Positions 20,901 to 29,262 of a DNA stretch of 64,000 bases are shown one piece after another. Both the position numbers and the translations under genes were made by a program. Source of the DNA: a virus. Positions within the stretch are counted from its first letter, which is position 1. The number at the start of each line of letters is the position of its first letter. Where the stretch lies: the IMG/VR virus record IMGVR_UViG_3300020446_000004, positions 14,570-78,569 of that record; one strand, written 5' to 3'. The notes beneath the pieces are model-generated. The model saw only the letters and a list, made by a program, of their open reading frames with translations, ran no database searches and was not told the DNA's origin.

Positions 20901-23900
20901 CAGAGCATTTTTAGGTGCAGAAATCACAGCATGGGCAGCGGTCAATCATGGTGGTGTAACATGGACAACTGAACATCAAAATGAAATACTTTATGCAGTT
21001 GATGCTTTGTGTTATGATATTATGTACGGTGGTACAAGTGCAAGTCATAATCAAGCAAGAAATTACGTTATCAACGGAAATAAAAGATATGAAGGTGCAG
21101 AGCAAGGAGCAACACAAGGTGCATTTGATAGGCTAGCAACAGTTGCAAGTCAAGTAATTCAAGAGACCACAGTAACTAAGTCAACTGGTAATTCAGCGAC
21201 TCAAGATACATCAGGTACAGCGGCCACTGCAACTGAAGGCACTCTTGCTCAAACCAATTTACAAATTATTGAAGATGTTATTACATCAGGCAATTTGCCT
21301 ACAGATGCAGCAACTTATCCTGATGTAAATTTTGCAAATGCTGATCTTAGAGCGGCACAAATACAAATCAACAATGAAACAAAAGCTATTGCAATTGACA
21401 CAGTTAGATACTTAGACAATACATATTCTGCATTAGTCCAAGTACGTAGCACATATGATTACAGCAAAACTCTTTGTGCAAGAGATGTAAGAGAATATGT
21501 TTATGCCATGAAGTGGGACGCTCAATATTCAAGAAACTGGAAGACAACATATCGTGCTCCATTGATAGGTATTCCTGATAGATCAGATACAGAAATGGAT
21601 TTCACAGGATGGTATAGATCTGCACTAGCGGCAAGATTGTATGCTAATAGTGTACTAGGATCACAAGAAGAAGACATGTACTATCTAAGAAATGGTACAG
21701 GATTAAGACTTCAGTCCTTGGATGGATTGCAAGGCGACTTACAATCTGAAAATGCATTTGGAACTAGAAGACCAACCGCAGGAGCATACGCTTCACTTGA
21801 TCCAGGTTGGGGTCCAAAAGATGAAAGAGTGTGGATTACTGCACGTTCACCATATGTACAAAACGTTTCAACATTTGGCTACGCCGCTGTAGGTCAAAAG
21901 ATTGATGGTGCATTACATGATGGCGGTAATGACTCAATTGTTTCAAACGACTTTACACAAGTTATATCAGACGGTATTGGTGCATGGTTGCTTAACAACG
22001 GTAGAGCAGAACTTGTGTCAGTGTTTACATACTATGCACACATAGGTTACTTGTGTGAAACAGGTGGTAGAGCTCGTGCAACAAATGGTAACAATTCATA
22101 CGGAACATTTGGTTCAGTCGCTGAAGGTGTTGATCCAGATGAAATACCAGTAACAGCAATAGTTGATAATTCTACACAGTATAATGCAACAATAAGCAAT
22201 GTGTTCACGAATACAGACGAATTGTTAAGATTAGAATATTCGCATGCTGGTAATGATTACACAGAAGCAAAAATTGATATTTTTGGTGCTGGTACAGGTG
22301 AAGAATTAATAGCTGACGAATTTAGAGACGGAGCAATACATAGAATAGAAATTGGAGAAACAGTAGAATCTCCAAGTAATGCAGGTGGTACAAATTATAC
22401 TATTGTTTCTAATACAGCACAAGCAGGAAGTTTAACAGATATCAACTTAGCAGCCACAGATGGTAGTTTGTCAAGTGCATATGTAGGTATGGCAATTTAT
22501 ATTACAGGTGGTGCTGGAGTTGGTAACTATGGTTACATTACATCATATAACTCAGGTAGTAAATTAGCCGCTGTAAGTAACAGATATGGTGTAAGTGGAT
22601 GGAGTCACGTGGTTCCAGGAACAACTATTGTTGCTCCTAATAGTAGTTCAACATATCAAGTTGAACCAAGAATAGAAATACCAGAGCCTGCTAATTCTGC
22701 CGATGCGGCTACAAATATTGGTACTGATACAATCAATAATGTTGAATTTGTAGAAACAGCGGCACAATACACAGGTGTTGCTTCAGAAAGTAATGGTGAT
22801 GGTTCAGGCGCAACATTTAATGTTACACGTAACGGAGCAAAATATTATGTAACAGTCGCTAATGGCGGTACAGAATACACAAGACTAGATACTACAACAA
22901 TATTAGGTAGTAGTTTAGGAGGAGTTTCTCCAGATAACGATATAACAGTTACAGTGACCACAGTTAATGCAACAACTGGAGCTGTAGTAGATTTTGACTT
23001 TGCAGGAATAGGACAAAAAGGTTATTTTGTTGCCCTTGCAGATGGTAATTTTTATTTAAGCACAGATGGTAAAACTAACAACTGGACAAATAGAGTACGT
23101 GCAGGAAATCATTCAAAATTAGCAAGTGCTTTACAAAACGACGGATCAACTACATTTAAACCACACGCAGTTGTAGCAACAGCACCTAGCACAACTACAC
23201 TACAAGTTTCTACAGACGAAACACTCACAACTTGGACATCAATTGATGCAAACGGAATATCCACAGCTGGTACAGAAATGAGTGTAGCACACGGATATGT
23301 AGGGTTAGGAACAAATAAGTTTGTTGTTATAAGTAACGGCGACCAAGCTATTTCATATTCTACAGATGGCGGATCATCATGGACAGGTGTGTCTGCGGCA
23401 TTACCTGCTACAGGATTTAATGCAATAACATACGGCAAAGGATTGTTTGTAGCAGTCAAATCAGGATCTAATGAAGCGGCAACATCAGTAGATGGAGAAA
23501 CATGGACAGCAAGGACTCTACCACAATCTAAAGATTGGGAAGATGTTGTTTGGGGTAACGGAATATTTGTTGCTATAGCATCACAAGCAGGCGCAAATAA
23601 CTTTGCATATAGTATAGACGGAATTACTTGGACATCAGCAAGTGCTCCTGATGCAACAAAGCAACCAAGCGGCCTTGCATACGGACAAGGTGTATTTGTA
23701 GTAACATACAGCGATGACGAAACAAAATTTGCAGAATCATATGATGGTGTTACATGGTTTGACAGAACTGGATTAACAGATATAGGTGAAAGCGTTGCAT
23801 TTGGAAATCCATGCACAGCAGGAGCAACAACTCCAATTGGTAGATTCGTAAGTGTTGAGGATACTAGCAATACAGCCAAAGTAATCTACAGAGGTGCACC

Positions 23901-24942
23901 TGCACTTGGTAGAGCTGGTGTTGCAAACGAAAAGGTATTTGAAGTAAGAATGTTAGAACCAGGAAGTGGTTACGAAGGCACACCTCCTACAATTACTATA
24001 ACAGATCCAGGCAATATTGAAGATGTCGTATTGAATGCAAAAATTGGTAACGGAGCATTGTCTAATCCAACATTTGTAAATAGAGGCGGTAGCTTTATAA
24101 CAGCAAGTGCTGAAATAGATGCGACAAATTCAAATGGTGGAGCAGACTTCTTACAAAGTGGACAGTTTGTTGCTGTAAGAAGATTATCAGCTACTCCTGT
24201 AAACGGATCTAATGTTGTGTTTGACAGTTTACCAAACCAATTCTTTAAATTAGTTAACACTGTTTCACTTGTAGGTACTAACGATGGTTCTAAAACAGCA
24301 TTTTTACAATTATCACCAGATATGAGCATTACTGATGCACCTTCAGACGGTGATGCAGTAACTATGCGTATAAGATTTAGCCAAGTACGACTTACAGGAC
24401 ATGACTTCCTTGATATAGGTACAGGAGGCTTTACATCTACTAACTATCCAGGAGTGCCGGCTATTGCTCCAGATCAAACTAAAGAAACCAAAGACAGTGA
24501 CGGTGGTAGAGTGTTCTTTACTGCAACTGACCAAGATGGTAACTTTAGAGTTGGTGACTTGTTTAGTATTGAACAAGCAACAGGTGTTGCAACATTGAAT
24601 GCGGAAGCATTTAACATTGCAGGACTTCAAGAACTTACACTTGGTGAAGTTACACTAGGTGGTAACAGTGCTTCAGTTACAGAGTTCTCGACAGACCCGT
24701 TCTTTACTGCTAACAGCGATAGTGTTGTTCCAACACAGCGAGCAGTTAAGGCATATATTGAAGCACAAATTGGTGGCGGTGGTGCTACCCTAAACGTCAA
24801 CAGTGTTACAGCTGGTGACATTTTTATAAACACTAATCAAATTACAACGGTTAGTGGAGAACTGATAAATATAAAAGCAAATGTAAACTTCAGCAAGAGT
24901 GTACTTGGTTTACCAATTGCTTTTAACTACTTTTTAAGATAA
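17902..24942 (+). CDS. C-terminal part of the split giant appendage protein (helical KCxRD repeats, beta-helix, Asp-box propeller)
   Basis: 2346 aa. GGAGG SD at 17891-95 and TAATG overlap; colinear with 10034 from GDELR onward (SLDPGWGP.DER.WI, SNDFTQV.SDGIG, TGHDFLDIGTG). Confidence 0.75.
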   Translation: MATVYETIQDLGKIITDAVTAGNSTNIPARAIRKTLIKVTTGQYREVLPIIVPAECCIMGDELRAVNVQPRKATNSTLTPRSDYKYSSKALERIEKVVGNVAAGLTMTPTTGNTLTQTVAYPYAETPQAWEGVTRQVRGIRRSIDAQLGDKLYAELPKPWEMTNTNAGRGRDLFLLNKQFIQTETTAYIAENYPNMKYGRTKCKQDIGFLLDAVAYDLTFGGNWQSVIAGNAYYTGTQLNIPADTKAATLAAYGFLKQLVQTVQRNITVTPLLQTDVAQIAGTGGTASESTTIGNLFDDIIDIIDNGIGAVSIVYPSVANTNALTFADSNDIDSNKAAVALDTIDFINYNFGSYKHDSSICRRDLEILSEGAQNDVLTGSNYNALQAGRAYNRVSSTYLLGAQKTQTVGAIRKYRDEIIDDLTDATYITRTRNFYNEVIDIIQNGLTAANTATFPSYNSAQDKQDAMTNLTANKTFIEDDVIQYVENTYNNPPGSFIYDSDNLRKYVGDAVEGMAFDIMYGGNIAQVRTAKSFFDEPGTVREAFLITGKATQYAGALTHMSSICQQIVQEQAVTKQTGNTQTQSTAGSPASATEATQVNTFLTESINALNAGVATGISSITEVTSTETGQTATDYALFDTNRDSIIATVLQYVTDTYNDFKYNHAKCTNDLSDIFDAARYDAMLDTNYASIITALSYRRANSGKTIGDQKDATIAAHKFAFKQMKALLNDGSIRQEAMTRQLDETLQWMNDIMWTASPEGANKQVADPEIYNSNYQLETNKEWLVQEAINEADQCYRAAVSKVEANGTVHVADTSWLTPNMEVKFFNYDDSTSAVAEIGTTTETAFYVKEIVNDTSFTVSTSVNGSAFTFDPTQSAYQYNKGKCRRDTGYILEGVGYDIALGTNYNAVTSGNLYRQSYASESFGAQLVQTTAGINFSKARVAELYKVRTSTTGLSRANAAFTEIVDILNNGLGNANALTFPVPSTTSTNKQNAVAQLIANRAFLGAEITAWAAVNHGGVTWTTEHQNEILYAVDALCYDIMYGGTSASHNQARNYVINGNKRYEGAEQGATQGAFDRLATVASQVIQETTVTKSTGNSATQDTSGTAATATEGTLAQTNLQIIEDVITSGNLPTDAATYPDVNFANADLRAAQIQINNETKAIAIDTVRYLDNTYSALVQVRSTYDYSKTLCARDVREYVYAMKWDAQYSRNWKTTYRAPLIGIPDRSDTEMDFTGWYRSALAARLYANSVLGSQEEDMYYLRNGTGLRLQSLDGLQGDLQSENAFGTRRPTAGAYASLDPGWGPKDERVWITARSPYVQNVSTFGYAAVGQKIDGALHDGGNDSIVSNDFTQVISDGIGAWLLNNGRAELVSVFTYYAHIGYLCETGGRARATNGNNSYGTFGSVAEGVDPDEIPVTAIVDNSTQYNATISNVFTNTDELLRLEYSHAGNDYTEAKIDIFGAGTGEELIADEFRDGAIHRIEIGETVESPSNAGGTNYTIVSNTAQAGSLTDINLAATDGSLSSAYVGMAIYITGGAGVGNYGYITSYNSGSKLAAVSNRYGVSGWSHVVPGTTIVAPNSSSTYQVEPRIEIPEPANSADAATNIGTDTINNVEFVETAAQYTGVASESNGDGSGATFNVTRNGAKYYVTVANGGTEYTRLDTTTILGSSLGGVSPDNDITVTVTTVNATTGAVVDFDFAGIGQKGYFVALADGNFYLSTDGKTNNWTNRVRAGNHSKLASALQNDGSTTFKPHAVVATAPSTTTLQVSTDETLTTWTSIDANGISTAGTEMSVAHGYVGLGTNKFVVISNGDQAISYSTDGGSSWTGVSAALPATGFNAITYGKGLFVAVKSGSNEAATSVDGETWTARTLPQSKDWEDVVWGNGIFVAIASQAGANNFAYSIDGITWTSASAPDATKQPSGLAYGQGVFVVTYSDDETKFAESYDGVTWFDRTGLTDIGESVAFGNPCTAGATTPIGRFVSVEDTSNTAKVIYRGAPALGRAGVANEKVFEVRMLEPGSGYEGTPPTITITDPGNIEDVVLNAKIGNGALSNPTFVNRGGSFITASAEIDATNSNGGADFLQSGQFVAVRRLSATPVNGSNVVFDSLPNQFFKLVNTVSLVGTNDGSKTAFLQLSPDMSITDAPSDGDAVTMRIRFSQVRLTGHDFLDIGTGGFTSTNYPGVPAIAPDQTKETKDSDGGRVFFTATDQDGNFRVGDLFSIEQATGVATLNAEAFNIAGLQELTLGEVTLGGNSASVTEFSTDPFFTANSDSVVPTQRAVKAYIEAQIGGGGATLNVNSVTAGDIFINTNQITTVSGELINIKANVNFSKSVLGLPIAFNYFLR

Positions 24943-24957
24943 ACGGAGAAAAATAAA

Positions 24958-25278
24958 ATGGCAACTGGAATATTAGGAACAGCAGATTTAGCAGCAGCAG
25001 CAAATGCAACTGTGTACACTGTGCCTGCAGATACGTTTTCAGTAGTAACTGTAAACATTACGAACAGGAACAGTGCATCACGTGATATTAGACTTGCTGT
25101 AGCCGCTACAGGCACACCAACTAATGCTGAATATTTAGAATATGATACTGAACTACTAGGAAACGGTAGTTTAGAAAGAGGCGGTATCGTACTTGATGCG
25201 ACAAAACAAATTGTTTGTTATTCAAACAGTACTGATGTAAATGTTGTAGTGTATGGTATAGAAACAGCAACTACATAA
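24958..25278 (+). CDS. Small fibre connector-like protein
   Basis: 106 aa, TVYTVPA...VNITNR...YLEYD...LERGGIVL; family shared with 9..263 and 9266..9595. Confidence 0.6.
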   Translation: MATGILGTADLAAAANATVYTVPADTFSVVTVNITNRNSASRDIRLAVAATGTPTNAEYLEYDTELLGNGSLERGGIVLDATKQIVCYSNSTDVNVVVYGIETATT

Positions 25279-25288
25279 AGGAGCAACT

Positions 25289-25990
25289 ATGCGTAGAATT
25301 AACACAGGAACAGTAGGAAGACCGCTACTTGCAAGACTGGTAAGTATTGATAATAAAATATCAAGCCTTGTTCCGAATGAAAATATTACAATTGAACCAA
25401 ATGGTTCAGGTGATGTTATAATACCTAGTAATCCTCAACTATTAGTACAAAACACAGATAACTCTACAACTACTGCAACAGGTGGAGCAGTGTTTAGTGG
25501 AGGTATTGGTGTAGCAAATAACATTTATTCGGGTGGTAATATAAATTCCACAGGACATTTAACAACACAATATCTAACAGCGGCAAATTCAACTCATATG
25601 ACTATACCAAGTGGTACAACAGCACAGCGACCTGGTTCTCCGACAGAAGGCATGGTGCGTTTTAACACTGATTATGGACATTTAGAATGGTACAACGGCA
25701 CAAGTTGGACAGTAGGTGGTTTCCAAGATGTTACTGTATCATCAAGCAGAACAACATTAAGTTGGCAAACAAATTGGGTACAAGGAAACTATACAGTTAC
25801 ATTACCAAGTGCGCCGGCAAGAGGTGATAGAGTAAGATTTTTCTTAGTAAGCGGTTCTAACATGACTGTTGCAAGGAATGGTAAATTAATTAACAGTGAT
25901 GCAAGTAATCTAACAGTTACAACAGAGGACGCGGCTTTTGAATTAGTGTTTAACAATGACACATACGGATGGCGAATCTTTACAATCTAA
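25289..25990 (+). CDS. Short tail-fibre adaptor protein
   Basis: PSGTTAQRP...GMVRFNTD module plus C-terminal TLPSAPARGDRV...VARNGKLI...GW domain of the type seen in T4-like long-fibre proteins. Confidence 0.65.
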   Translation: MRRINTGTVGRPLLARLVSIDNKISSLVPNENITIEPNGSGDVIIPSNPQLLVQNTDNSTTTATGGAVFSGGIGVANNIYSGGNINSTGHLTTQYLTAANSTHMTIPSGTTAQRPGSPTEGMVRFNTDYGHLEWYNGTSWTVGGFQDVTVSSSRTTLSWQTNWVQGNYTVTLPSAPARGDRVRFFLVSGSNMTVARNGKLINSDASNLTVTTEDAAFELVFNNDTYGWRIFTI

Positions 25991-26002
25991 TAGGAGTTTT
26001 GA

Positions 26003-26785
26003 ATGGCCACATATGAAAGTTATAAAAAAGTCACAAACGAACAGATTATTGACGGTACTGTTACTGAAGATAAACTTGGTACCGATGTAAGACATAGATT
26101 ATGCACTAAATGGTTAATAGGCAACGCTTGTCGTTGTTCTGCAGGGTGTTGTTGTTTATGGACAGTACCTGCATGTACTAGACGTGTTTATTTTGAACTT
26201 TGGGCGGCAGGAGGCAATGGCCAAGGTGCATGCTCATGTAACAGATGTCACCATTACCAAGGTGCTGGTGGCGGTTCTTACAATTCAAAAATGGTTTCAA
26301 CTACACCCGGATGCCAATACAGAATGTGTGCAGGTGGGGTATATCGTTGCCTAAGTAGAAACTGCTCATCATGTAATGGTTGTATATCTTATGTTTGCGG
26401 ATACAATGCATGTCAACTTTGTACAGTTGGCGGACGTTGTGCAAATGCAAATACAGATTGGACACATTATTGTATGAGTTGTTGGACCTGTTGTATTGCA
26501 CCAGGATGCGGCACAGGTAGAGGTGATTTTCATATTATGAGTCACACTGGGCATTTTAGCGGAATATTTAACTGTCATTGTCACCATCAATATGTAAGAC
26601 CAACAGCGGCTCCTTTCCTAGGAGGAAATGTTGCAACATCACAATCTGTGTGTTGGATACGCTGTGGTTGTTGGATTGCACCTCCAGGACACGGTGGACA
26701 AGGTGCTATGACATCATACTGTGGACGTTGTTGTGGACAAGGTGGTACAGGTGGACCAGGAGTTGTAAAATTAACATTTACGTAA
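26003..26785 (+). CDS. Cys-rich glycine-rich-domain fibre protein 1
   Basis: 260 aa, 33 Cys by manual count; WTVP...ELWAAGG.G...GGTGGPGVVKLTF scaffold. Confidence 0.7.
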   Translation: MATYESYKKVTNEQIIDGTVTEDKLGTDVRHRLCTKWLIGNACRCSAGCCCLWTVPACTRRVYFELWAAGGNGQGACSCNRCHHYQGAGGGSYNSKMVSTTPGCQYRMCAGGVYRCLSRNCSSCNGCISYVCGYNACQLCTVGGRCANANTDWTHYCMSCWTCCIAPGCGTGRGDFHIMSHTGHFSGIFNCHCHHQYVRPTAAPFLGGNVATSQSVCWIRCGCWIAPPGHGGQGAMTSYCGRCCGQGGTGGPGVVKLTFT

Positions 26786-26795
26786 GGAATAATTA

Positions 26796-27575
26796 ATGGC
26801 TACATATGCAAGTTATAAGAAAGTACACGGTGATCAATTCGTAAATGGTACGTTAACGGATAATGACATCAATTCAAATACTTTGAATAATTTTGGTGTA
26901 AAATGGTTTCATGGTATTCCATGCAGATGTTCATCTGGTTGTTGCTGTAATTGGACAGTGCCAACAGGTGTATGTAGAATGACAATTGAACTATGGGGAG
27001 CAGGAGGCAACGGAGCTGGTGCTTGTTCATGTAATAGATGTCATCATTTCAAGGCTGCTATGGGAGGAAGTCATAACACAAAAACCATTGCTACTGCACC
27101 GGGTTGTACATATAGTGTATGTGCGGCAGGAGTATACAGATGTTTAAGCCGTGAATGCACAGGTTGTAACGGTTGTACAACATATATGAACGGTTATAAT
27201 TTAAGCGGATTCTGTGCATGCGGAGGCTATAGATCAGAAGCTAATACAGCATGGTCAAATGGGTGTTTTGGAACAAATGCATATTGTAGATGTCCTACCC
27301 ATAACAACGGAGATATGTATGTGGTATCACAAAATCCTGCATTTAGTACAGCAGGCACATACTGTCATTGTCACCCACAAGAAATTCATCAAGGTGTTGC
27401 ACCTATCATAGGAGGTATATCCAGCCAAGGTATTAGACAATGTTGGATGCGTTGTGCTTGTTGGAGTGTTCCATACGGCACAGGAGGACAGAGTGCAATG
27501 AACACATTCTGCGGACGTTGTTGCGGTCAAGGAGGCACCGGTGGCGGCGGCTTAGTTAGGATTACTTATATTTAG
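26796..27575 (+). CDS. Cys-rich glycine-rich-domain fibre protein 2
   Basis: 259 aa, 28 Cys by manual count; paralog of its neighbours (CRCSxGCCC, GACSCNRCHH, YRCLSRxC, CGRCCGQGGTGG). Confidence 0.7.
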   Translation: MATYASYKKVHGDQFVNGTLTDNDINSNTLNNFGVKWFHGIPCRCSSGCCCNWTVPTGVCRMTIELWGAGGNGAGACSCNRCHHFKAAMGGSHNTKTIATAPGCTYSVCAAGVYRCLSRECTGCNGCTTYMNGYNLSGFCACGGYRSEANTAWSNGCFGTNAYCRCPTHNNGDMYVVSQNPAFSTAGTYCHCHPQEIHQGVAPIIGGISSQGIRQCWMRCACWSVPYGTGGQSAMNTFCGRCCGQGGTGGGGLVRITYI

Positions 27576-27583
27576 GATAAAAT

Positions 27584-28393
27584 ATGGCAAGTTATAGAAG
27601 TTACAAAAAAGTTACAAGCAGTCAAATTGTTGATGGTGCAGTTGATTCAAATAATTTTGTCAACGGTGTACGAGATAATTGGTGTGTAAAATGGACATAC
27701 GGAAATCCTTGTAGATGTTCTGCAGGATGCTGTTGTTTGTTTACTATGCCGTCAAATACTAGAAATGCAACATTTGAACTTTGGGGTGCAGGCGGTAACG
27801 GCAATGGGGCATGTTCATGTAACAGATGTCATCATACAAAACCACCAGGAGGTGGTGCATACACAAGCAAGCACGTACAGACTAATGCTGGATGCACATA
27901 CAGAATGTGTGCCGCAGGAGTTTATAGATGCTTGAGTAGAGAATGTTATGGATGTAACGGCTGTAGTTCTTTTGTTTGTGGATATGGATTATGTGTCTGT
28001 GCATGTGGCGGGCAATTAGGCTGTGCAAACACTGCATGGACTGATCAGTGTCATAGTACTATGCCATACTGTGTTAGACCAGGATGTAACGGTACAAGTT
28101 CAAGTGGAGATTACGTAGGTTATACACACGGTGGTAACTTCCAAGGACAGTCATCATTTATGTATCCTGGATGGGCTTGCCACTGTTGGAAGCATAATGG
28201 GCATTCAACAGGTGCAGTAAGATTAAACACAGGATATGCAGAACAAAATTCAAACGTATGTTGGATTAGATGTGGTTGTTGGATTGTACCCTACGGAATG
28301 GGTGGACAATCAGCAACATCAAACTATTGTGGTAGATGTTGTGGCCAGGGTGGAACCGGTGGTCCAGGACTAGTGAAACTGACGTACTTTTAA
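27584..28393 (+). CDS. Cys-rich glycine-rich-domain fibre protein 3
   Basis: 269 aa, 31 Cys by manual count; same conserved Cys motifs. Confidence 0.7.
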   Translation: MASYRSYKKVTSSQIVDGAVDSNNFVNGVRDNWCVKWTYGNPCRCSAGCCCLFTMPSNTRNATFELWGAGGNGNGACSCNRCHHTKPPGGGAYTSKHVQTNAGCTYRMCAAGVYRCLSRECYGCNGCSSFVCGYGLCVCACGGQLGCANTAWTDQCHSTMPYCVRPGCNGTSSSGDYVGYTHGGNFQGQSSFMYPGWACHCWKHNGHSTGAVRLNTGYAEQNSNVCWIRCGCWIVPYGMGGQSATSNYCGRCCGQGGTGGPGLVKLTYF

Positions 28394-28400
28394 ATAAATA
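28391..28400 (+). promoter_or_regulatory. Overlapping T4-type late promoter cores (TAAATAAATA)
   Basis: Directly upstream of the AAGGAG SD and ATG 28422. Confidence 0.5.
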
Positions 28401-28421
28401 TATTAACAAGGAGAAAACATT

Positions 28422-29150
28422 ATGCCAATGGTACAATTTGAATATACATACGATATACCGAATGAATTGTGTGTTGATCATACGTTTACTGATGGAAAAA
28501 CGCGGACAGCTACATATGACGGTCCAGACAAACTTTTCTTCATTGTAAACAATGCAACGGGCAAAGAAGAATTAGGACCTATTACTGAGATAGAAAAAAA
28601 TGACGGCAGACCAGTGCCAGATGATTGTAGATACGTAGAAATCGACTGCATTAAAAATCCAGTATTATGTCAACTTAGAGGACCTATTATTGACGAAATG
28701 GAAGAGGATCATACTGGAGAAGCAACGCCAACAGGAGCAAAAGATATAACAGGATATGCAAAATTTACATATCAAACACCTGTACTTCCTTATCAATTTA
28801 TAGATAGAGAAAAGATTACGTTTGCCGAAGATGGTACACCTACTTTACCTACTAGAGAACCTAGAGATACTGTCATGGGAATAGACGTTGAAAGAGATCT
28901 TACATGGGATGATGTAAGAGCAAAAAGAGATTCATTGTTAAAAAACAGTGATGCAGAAATTGTTGATGACATGCCAACTGATCTAAAAAATGCTTGGAAA
29001 GATTATAGACAGAGACTGCGTGACTGGCCTAATACAATGCAATCAAATGGCATTCCACCATTGTTTGCTTATTACATGGAACCAATACAAGTTGGTGCAG
29101 ATCCAGAAACAGGAATGATAGATCCAGATACAACATCAATTATTATGTAA
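28422..29150 (+). CDS. Tail fibre assembly chaperone with extended N-terminal domain
   Basis: C-terminal WDDVRAKRDSLLKNSD...DMP...AWKDYRQRLRDWP matches the phage tail assembly chaperone signature. Confidence 0.75.
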   Translation: MPMVQFEYTYDIPNELCVDHTFTDGKTRTATYDGPDKLFFIVNNATGKEELGPITEIEKNDGRPVPDDCRYVEIDCIKNPVLCQLRGPIIDEMEEDHTGEATPTGAKDITGYAKFTYQTPVLPYQFIDREKITFAEDGTPTLPTREPRDTVMGIDVERDLTWDDVRAKRDSLLKNSDAEIVDDMPTDLKNAWKDYRQRLRDWPNTMQSNGIPPLFAYYMEPIQVGADPETGMIDPDTTSIIM

Positions 29151-29154
29151 TGTT

Positions 29155-29180
29155 AAAGCGAGGGTAAGTCTCTCGCTTTT
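29155..29180 (+). terminator. Intrinsic terminator
   Basis: AAAGCGAGGG-TAAGT-CTCTCGCTTT stem-loop ending in a T run, just after the chaperone stop. Confidence 0.7.
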
Positions 29181-29204
29181 ACTCCTTTCCTAAAAATTTA
29201 CCAA

Positions 29205-29241
29205 TAAATATCTTGCATTATCAAATATCTTGTGTTATACT
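29205..29241 (+). promoter_or_regulatory. Tandem late (TAAATA) and sigma70-type promoters for the enzyme cluster
   Basis: TAAATA 29205-10; TTGCAT 29213-18, 17-nt spacer, TG-extended TATACT 29236-41; SD AAGGAG before TTG 29263. Confidence 0.7.
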
Positions 29242-29262
29242 TAACACTATAAGGAGTTTATT

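Noticed and set aside
24866-24871. GATAAATA inside the 3' end of the 2346-aa gene as a promoter for 24958
   Set aside because: Plausible, but a 6-8 nt AT-rich match inside a CDS is expected by chance, so it is not called.
26003-28393. Diversity-generating retroelement or RiPP precursors as an explanation for the three Cys-rich paralogs
   Set aside because: No reverse transcriptase or adenine-specific template/variable repeat pair is visible, differences occur at all bases, and the proteins are 260-aa scaffolded domains rather than leader-core peptides.
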